NCBI GenBank assembly: GCA_963833225.1
Contig: CAWHXD010000019.1
Location: forward strand, 576,001-640,000
DNA: 64,000 bases
Direction of reading: 5' to 3'
From: an uncultured Chloroflexia bacterium
Lineage (GTDB): Bacteria > Chloroflexota > Limnocylindria > Limnocylindrales > CSP1-4
Shown: piece after piece, positions 58,025-64,000 of the stretch
Numbering within the stretch: the first letter of the stretch is position 1
Layout: each line of letters starts with the position of its first letter
The notes under the pieces: model-generated
Seen by the model: the letters and a program-made list of their open reading frames with translations, nothing else
The model's database searches: none
Told to the model about the DNA's origin: nothing
Position numbers and translations under genes: made by a program

Positions 58025-58909
58025 GTGCGCCGATCGATCCCGCTTTTCGCCGCCCTCCTGATGGCCGTGGTCCTGGCCGCCCCCGCGCAGGCCGCAACGG
58101 TTCACCGAACCTTCACTGCCAAGGTTGCCAGCGGTGGCACCAGCGGCACCGCCGCGATCACGGCCTTCACGGACGGCTCGGGCCACCTGACCTATGCCCT
58201 CAAGAAGTTCCGCAAGAGCGCCACCTACAAGGTGGAGATCCGCAACGGCAAGTGCGGCCATCTGGGCAAGGTCGTGACGCACCTCGCCAAGTTCAAGACG
58301 TCCTCAAGGGGCACCTACTCCACCAGCCGCTCGCTCTCGGTCAACAAGATGTTCACGATCTGGGAGGCCAACTGGTCGCACAAGCTGGCCATCCGGTTCG
58401 TCTCCGGCGGCAGCGTCCGCTGCGGGAACCTCAACTTCCCGCACGCGACGCGCGTCCGGATCACCAAGCAGGGCGTGCTCAATCACGGCATCGACCTCGC
58501 CGTGGTGCGCGGCCCGAACGGCTACCCGTACTGCAACGTGGCGATGTACCAGGGGGCGCTCAACCAGCCCACGGAGCCCGGCGTCTCGTTCATCTTCGCC
58601 CATGCGCGGAAGGGCATGTTCCTGCCGTTGCTTGACCAGTGGCTGAAGAACCGCGGCGCGGACCTGGTCGGCATGCGCGTCAGCGTGTACACCTCGGACA
58701 ACATGAAGTACACGTATGTCATCGACAAGGCCTGGAAGTCCAAGACGCTCAACGGCGCTTACAAGACCGACGAGAAGCTCTGGCTCCAGACGTCGACCGG
58801 CCCCAACTACACGTATCCCAAGCTGTTCCTCGAGGCGAGCCGGGTGAGCGGCGTGGCCGTCCCCTGGTCCGAGGCGCACCCCGCGGCGCACAAGGTCAAG
58901 TGCGGGTGA
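58025..58909 (+). CDS. Secreted protein with C-terminal sortase-like domain (catalytic Cys replaced by Ser)
   Basis: Signal peptide ending AQA; RVRI..GIDLAVV, P.EPG.SFIFAHAR, VYTSD...YVI, LWLQTSTG...PKLFLEA. Confidence 0.75.
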   Translation: MRRSIPLFAALLMAVVLAAPAQAATVHRTFTAKVASGGTSGTAAITAFTDGSGHLTYALKKFRKSATYKVEIRNGKCGHLGKVVTHLAKFKTSSRGTYSTSRSLSVNKMFTIWEANWSHKLAIRFVSGGSVRCGNLNFPHATRVRITKQGVLNHGIDLAVVRGPNGYPYCNVAMYQGALNQPTEPGVSFIFAHARKGMFLPLLDQWLKNRGADLVGMRVSVYTSDNMKYTYVIDKAWKSKTLNGAYKTDEKLWLQTSTGPNYTYPKLFLEASRVSGVAVPWSEAHPAAHKVKCG

Positions 58910-58935
58910 CCCACCGCGCCACCTGACACCGGCTT

Positions 58936-59823
58936 ATGCGCGTCGGGATCATCGTTCCCCAGGGTTGGACCGGGGAGTATGACGCCTGGGACGCGGCCCG
59001 AGCGTGGGCGCGCACCGTGGCGGTGGCGCACGAGGCTGAGACCCTCGGGTTCGATTCTCTCTGGATGTTCGATCACCTCCAGACCGAGCCGGTCCCCACC
59101 GACGAGATCACCTTCGAGGCCTTCACCGGGATCAGCGCCCTGGCGGTGGAGACCGCTCGCGTGCGCCTCGGTCATCTCGTCCTGTGCGCCGGCTACCGCA
59201 ACCCGGCCCTGGTGGCCAAGATGATCTCCACGCTCGATGTCGTCTCCGGCGGCCGCGCGGAGCTTGGGCTCGGCGCCGGCTGGAAGGAGGACGAGTTCGC
59301 CGCCTACGGCTTTGGCTTCCCGCCCCTCCGTGACCGGATGGCCCTGCTCGAGGACTCGCTGGAGATCGTCTCCCGAATGCTGGCCGCCGGGCGTTCCACG
59401 TACGCCGGCCCGATGGCGTCCGTGCAGGAGGCGATCAACGTCCCGCGCGGGCTCCAGGAGCCGCGGGTCCCGATCATGGTCGGCGGCAACGGGCCCAACC
59501 GCACCTGGCGGCTCGCTGCTCGGTTCGCCGACGAGCTCAATCTCGACTGGTTCAGCCCCGAGGAGCTCACCGCGAACCGGCCGGTCATCGAGTCTCGCTG
59601 CGAGGAGATCGGGCGGGACCCGGCGACCCTGCGGCTCTCGGTCAACATCGGGCGGTCCGACTCAGCACCCGAGGGGGCGGCACGGGTCGATCTGCTGCGG
59701 CGATATCGGGAGGCCGGCGCGGACCGGGTCATGACGCTGATCCGTGCGTGTGCCACGGACGATGGAGCGCTCGAGCGGTTTGCCGAGGACTGCCACGCGG
59801 CGGGCTGCGAGCTGGACGCGTAG
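58936..59823 (+). CDS. LLM-class F420-dependent oxidoreductase
   Basis: PQGW, DSLWMFDH, YRNPALVAKM.STLDVVSGGR.ELGLGAGW, IMVGGNG. Confidence 0.92.
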   Translation: MRVGIIVPQGWTGEYDAWDAARAWARTVAVAHEAETLGFDSLWMFDHLQTEPVPTDEITFEAFTGISALAVETARVRLGHLVLCAGYRNPALVAKMISTLDVVSGGRAELGLGAGWKEDEFAAYGFGFPPLRDRMALLEDSLEIVSRMLAAGRSTYAGPMASVQEAINVPRGLQEPRVPIMVGGNGPNRTWRLAARFADELNLDWFSPEELTANRPVIESRCEEIGRDPATLRLSVNIGRSDSAPEGAARVDLLRRYREAGADRVMTLIRACATDDGALERFAEDCHAAGCELDA

Positions 59824-59834
59824 CCGCCGCGGTC

Positions 59835-60680
59835 TCAGGGGGCGTCGAAGGTGTAGGCGTCCACATCCCGGACCGGGTCGTAGCCGATCTCCTGGTAGAT
59901 GTGGTTCGAGGTGGGGTTGGCGAGGTCCGTGAACAGGAAGCAGAAGCGGCGCCCGGCATCCAGCTCCGCCTGGCTCACGGCGGCCACGAGGGCGCTGGCG
60001 TAGCCCCTGCGGCGGGCCTCGGGGGGCGTGTAGACCGGCCCGATCCGGATCCCGTTCGGCGTCGGGCCCCCGACACCCGCGAGCGACGTGGCCTCGCCGT
60101 CGATCCACAGGTAGAGCGTCCGCTCCGACCCGGACATCCAGCGGTCGGCGGTCGACTCGACCTCGGCCGGGTCCGCCTCGCCGAACGCGTCCAGGATGAA
60201 GCCCTCGGTCCAGGCGACGACGAGGTCGCGATCCTCGGGCGTGGCGACACGCACGCCACCTGGCACCGGGCGCGGCGGCCGGACCGCCGTGAGCCGGTAG
60301 ATCCGCTCGGACACGGCGAGGCGTGCCGGCGGGCCACCGGTCGCGGTCCATGCGTCGGCAAAGGCCCGCGCGTGCTCGGACGGACCAAGGACGCCGGACA
60401 GGCCCCGCTGCCGCGAATCCGCGACGAGATGATCGATGGCGCGTGGGTCGTCGATCTCCGACAGGATGAGCCGGTGCGGCCGCGTCTGGAGTGCCGCGGC
60501 CACGACACGACCCCCGTCGGTCACCGCCGCGAGGTAGGGCGGACCGGCGTACATCCCCGGTGTCGTGCGCAGGCTGGAGCAGATGCCGAAGATCAGGTTG
60601 TGCTCGGCCTCGCGTTCGCCGAGGAAGTCGCCGGCCGCGTCCAGGAATTCCCCGACGTCGGCGAATCGCCGAAGCTCCAT
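59835..60680 (-). CDS. GNAT family N-acetyltransferase
   Basis: EAEHNLIFG, RIGPVYTPPEARRRGYASALV, FLFTDLANPTSNHIYQEIGY; GGAGG RBS. Confidence 0.93.
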   Translation of the reverse strand: MELRRFADVGEFLDAAGDFLGEREAEHNLIFGICSSLRTTPGMYAGPPYLAAVTDGGRVVAAALQTRPHRLILSEIDDPRAIDHLVADSRQRGLSGVLGPSEHARAFADAWTATGGPPARLAVSERIYRLTAVRPPRPVPGGVRVATPEDRDLVVAWTEGFILDAFGEADPAEVESTADRWMSGSERTLYLWIDGEATSLAGVGGPTPNGIRIGPVYTPPEARRRGYASALVAAVSQAELDAGRRFCFLFTDLANPTSNHIYQEIGYDPVRDVDAYTFDAP

Positions 60681-60803
60681 GCCGCTCCTCCCCTGGGAAT
60701 CGAGCCCGGAGTATGGCATTGACGGCCGGGCGGCTCGGCGGGATGCGCCTGCCGACGCGCGGCACGGCCGGGTCCGGGACCTGCATGGTACGGTTTCGGC
60801 CAC

Positions 60804-60879
60804 GCGGGAGTAGCTCAGCTGGCAGAGCGGCAGCCTTCCAAGCTGCATGTCGCGGGTTCGATCCCCGTCTCCCGCTCCA
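60804..60879 (+). tRNA. tRNA-Gly (anticodon TCC)
   Basis: GCGGGAG/CTCCCGC acceptor stem, GCAGC-CTTCCAA-GCTGC anticodon arm, GGTTCGATCC T-loop, encoded CCA, 76 nt. Confidence 0.98.
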
Positions 60880-60914
60880 TTCCCTCCCTTGGACGCACGT
60901 TGCGGACGAACGCG

Positions 60915-60941
60915 GACCCGGCCGGAAGGCCCGGCCGGGTC
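60915..60941. terminator. 11-bp stem hairpin after tRNA, between convergent transcripts
   Basis: GACCCGGCCGG-aaggc-CCGGCCGGGTC. Confidence 0.7.
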
Positions 60942-60969
60942 GTGGTTGGATCGCCGAGGTTTCGTCGGA

Positions 60970-61536
60970 CTACGGGCCGGCGACCGACAGCTGCACGGCT
61001 GGATGCCCTGCCGGCGTCACGCACATGACCTGGTAGCCGCCGACGGCGTAGTCGACGAGGTCCTTGCCCAGCTTCACGCTCTCGATCTTGTAGAGGAGCG
61101 TGCTGGCTGCCTGGACCCAGCCAAGAGTCGGCTGGTACACCCAGTCGGGAGCGTCGGTTGTCACGTCGCCATCGTCGTTCGCGAGCACTTCGACGAGATC
61201 TTCGTAGGTCGTTCCCGGCTTGACGCCATAGATCCAGAGATACGAACCCGAGACCGCCTTCTCAGGCGCGAACTCCATCTGCAGCATGGTGCCGTCGAGG
61301 ATCACTGACGGCCCGAGGTAGGTGCATGTCTCGCCGTCGAAGGTGACCTTGACCTTGAGCACCGACGTCGTCGCGGTTGGCGCCGGAGCCTCCGGTGGTT
61401 GGGTGCTGGGCGACGGCGCCGGGGCCTCCGGTGGTTGGGCGTTGGGCCCGGCGGTCGCCGACGGGTTCGCGCCGGACGTGCAGGCGGCCAGCACCACCGA
61501 GAGAAGCGCTGTGAGGAGATACCTGGTGCGCATCAT
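60970..61536 (-). CDS. Hypothetical lipoprotein
   Basis: Lipobox VLAAC, QPPEAPAP x2 linker, VTFDGETCTY.GP ... GGYQVMC; GAGG RBS. Confidence 0.8.
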   Translation of the reverse strand: MMRTRYLLTALLSVVLAACTSGANPSATAGPNAQPPEAPAPSPSTQPPEAPAPTATTSVLKVKVTFDGETCTYLGPSVILDGTMLQMEFAPEKAVSGSYLWIYGVKPGTTYEDLVEVLANDDGDVTTDAPDWVYQPTLGWVQAASTLLYKIESVKLGKDLVDYAVGGYQVMCVTPAGHPAVQLSVAGP

Positions 61537-61590
61537 GGGGCCTCTTCCCGACTCGCCATCCGGGCCCCTGGTGGCCGGATCGGCGTCGCC

Positions 61591-61644
61591 ACGATGCGAT
61601 CTGCCGATGAGCCGCCGGTGAGCAGCGTTTGAGGGGGCGATGAG
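61591..61644 (-). promoter_or_regulatory. Four direct repeats at 11-bp period plus putative -10 (SARP-box-like promoter)
   Basis: TGAG at 61608, 61619, 61630, 61641 (CTCA on minus strand); CATCGT at 61596-61591. Confidence 0.65.
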
Positions 61645-61670
61645 CGGCCGGAACGGCCTGCTCGGCGGGT

Positions 61671-64000
61671 TCATGGCGGCGCTGCGGTGCGGACCTGTTC
61701 GATCACGTCGACCTCGCGAAGGATGGAAGCGATCGCAGAGCCCGCCGGCGCCTCCGCGACTCGAAGGGCCGACTCCGGAAAGGCGATCGTGCCGAGGCTC
61801 CGTGGCATCCGGTCTGAGGCGTCCGGACGGAACTCCCCTGCGCTGATCGCGGACGCCACGAGGCTCGCGGGGATCCGCTCGCCGGCTGGCCGGTCCACCA
61901 GCGTGCCCAGGGAGACGGTCGGGACTAGTCCGCTCCCCAAATCGTGAGCGACGAGTAGGGACGCGAACTCGGCGCCGAGGAGGTGACGCACAAGCGCCCG
62001 GACCTCAGGCCGATCCCGGAGGACCACCAGCATGTACACGCGACCACGGAGCTGCTGCGAGCCTTCCCCACCGATGGGGAACTTGATCGGCGTCAGGTCT
62101 TCCCGGACGGCACCTGCCCACTGGGCCCGTTGATCTCCGCTTGCATGGATGAGCCAGCAGGCAGGGAGCTCATCGGAGCCCATTTCGAGGGCGACCCATG
62201 CTGCAGGCGTCCGGACCGCCGCATCCGGGCCGCCCTGAATGGCGCCGTCGAGGTGGATCAGGGCGTGGTACTGCTCGTACGCTCCCACGACCAGCGGATG
62301 ATTGAAGCTGAACAGGCCCGACGCCCACCTGTCGTACCACTCCGTCGTCAGGCGATCGAGGACAAGATCCTCGATGAGGTCCGCGCCGTTGGCCCCGTCG
62401 TGCTCCCCCCCAACCAGGCCCAGGCACCACGGCGTACGCCCGTCGGCGATCATCCGCTCGACGAGCCGCTCCAGGTCGGGCCAGGTTGCCGGAGGTTCGT
62501 AGCCGGCCTTCGCGAACGCCTCGGCCGGGTACCACAGCAGGCTTGAGGCCGTGGCCGCGATCGGTGCGCCGACGAAGCTGGTCCCATCGCCAGTCGAGCC
62601 AGCGCCGCGCGATCCGACCCAGCTCAGGTCGGCCAACGGGCCCGCTGCGAGCGTCGCCACCTCGGCCGGCGACAGGATGTCGTCGAGGGCGATCAGCGAT
62701 CCGGCCCGGTCGAGATCGGTGATGTCACCGGGTCGAGCAAGGATGGCGACGTCTGCCTGCTCGACGGCCGGTCCTGGGTCAGTGGCGCCGACGTCCGACG
62801 TGATGGCGATGGTTGGCCCCTCTGCCGCGTAGTTGACGAGCGCGTTGCTCAGGTCGGCGGGCAGCTGCGAGAAGACCCGCACGTTCGCTCCCGGGCTGCC
62901 AGCGTCCGCCAGCTCATCCATTGCCACCGGGCCGTCGGCCGTCATGACCCTCAGGTCGCTGTCGCTTCAAGTCCCCGCCCGCGACCGGACAGGCCGGCTG
63001 GTGGAGGTAGACCCGGCATTCGGCGGTCGTCAGGACCCGCCCGGCACCCGTCGTCGCGACCTCGATGAGGTCCGCACCGCGCAGCAGGTACACCCCTCGA
63101 GGACCGTTCCGGGCGATGCGGATGGCGCTCGGTGCGGCCTCGATCGGATAGGGGATCCGGGTCTCTTGGATCGCCCAGTGGAGTGCGTCGAGCGCCTCCT
63201 CCGTGATCCAGCCTCGATCGGCCGTGGCCCGTGCCGCCTCGACGGCGAGGAGCAGTGACAGGGTGGGATCCACGTCCAGCCGCCCATTCGCGGCGACCGC
63301 CAGCTCGCGTGCCGTGGCGATCGCCCGATCCTCGCGGGCGCCCTCCGCCTGGCGCCAGACGACGGCGAGCAGCCCCGAAGCGCCGACGACCGCCACGAGC
63401 AGCACCGCCACGAGCGCCCGGAGCCACGTCGCGGCCCGTCGCTCCAGCCGGCGCTCCTGGTCTCGGCGATCTCGCTCGGCCAATTCGATGCGTCGACGCT
63501 CGGCCAGGCTCGCGTCGAGCAGCTCGCGCTCCGGAGCGTCGAGGCGGATGTCGGTTGCGGCGCTCCAGGCCTCGAACAGGTCGAGGCGGCTGCCGGACAG
63601 GAGGAAGCCCGGATCCCGGTGCGCGGCCTCCCATTCGGTGGCCGTGGCCTTCAGCCGCGTCTCCATCCAGAGGGCCTCCTCCGCCTCCTGGATCCACCCC
63701 GCGAGGCGCGGCCAGTGCGTGAGCAACGCCTCGTGGGCCAGCTCGACCGTTGCTCGGCCGGTGCGGGGGTCGCGGTCGAAGCCAAGCAGTCGCCATCGAC
63801 CAAACGCCTCGAGCAGGTCGTCGATGCGCTCTGGCGCCGGCTCGATCGACCGCAGGTCGTCCATGACGACCCGCCGGGCAGCGACGCTCCGCCCTTCGCC
63901 GACGGCGGCCAGGCGCAGGAACAGCTGGCGAGCGACATCGCGCGACGGCTGGTCGAGCGACGCGAAGACCGTCTCCGCGCGCCGACCGACAGCACCGGCG
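61671..64000 (-). CDS. nSTAND1-type NTPase/regulator C-terminal part with TM helix, fused (via +1 frameshift near 62968) to sugar-binding SBP domain; 5' end outside window
   Basis: LFLRL..., RWRLLGFDRDP.T...TVELAHEALL.HWPRL.GWI, FLLSGSRL, TM, ARELA.AA...DP.LSLLLAVEA, LT.AECRVYLH..ACP; then SLLWYP..F...GYEPPATW..L...GRTPWCLG...EDLVL, FRPDASDRMP (AglE/GgtB-like). Confidence 0.8.

Noticed and set aside
60804-64000. Integrative element at tRNA-Gly
   Set aside because: No integrase next to the tRNA and no duplicated tRNA 3' end noticed in the window; cannot be excluded beyond 64000

Overview
Very GC-rich bacterial chromosomal segment. Gene content (ctaA-ctaB fusion, Ni-SOD, F420-type LLM oxidoreductases, lipoprotein serpin, GH57/GH13/GlgP glucan cluster, nSTAND1 regulator) suggests Chloroflexota, possibly Limnocylindria; this is an inference. 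It holds about 55 CDS and tRNA-Gly(TCC), with no rRNA, CRISPR array, integrase or classical transposase. Housekeeping blocks: a peptide/nickel-family ABC operon with divergent LysR, pyrE, heme A/O synthesis, beta-CASP nuclease, argF-arcC, xth, chrA, MarR-MFS, sodN-sodX and an alpha-glucan cluster. Eight genes carry extra single bases that break the frame, most likely assembly errors. Many genes look leaderless (TANNNT 6-8 nt before the start codon). Most notable: (1) an XRE-HTH/PD-(D/E)xK nuclease gene bracketed by two 114-bp self-palindromic elements in inverted orientation (REPIN-like); (2) a membrane-anchored nSTAND1 protein whose WD40 sensor appears replaced by a sugar-binding domain, beside a lipoprotein gene whose promoter has four motifs at exact 11-bp spacing (SARP-box geometry); (3) a secreted sortase-fold protein with Ser/Lys in place of the catalytic Cys/Arg; (4) a 110-bp duplication of the xth 5' end flanking an inserted lipoprotein gene.
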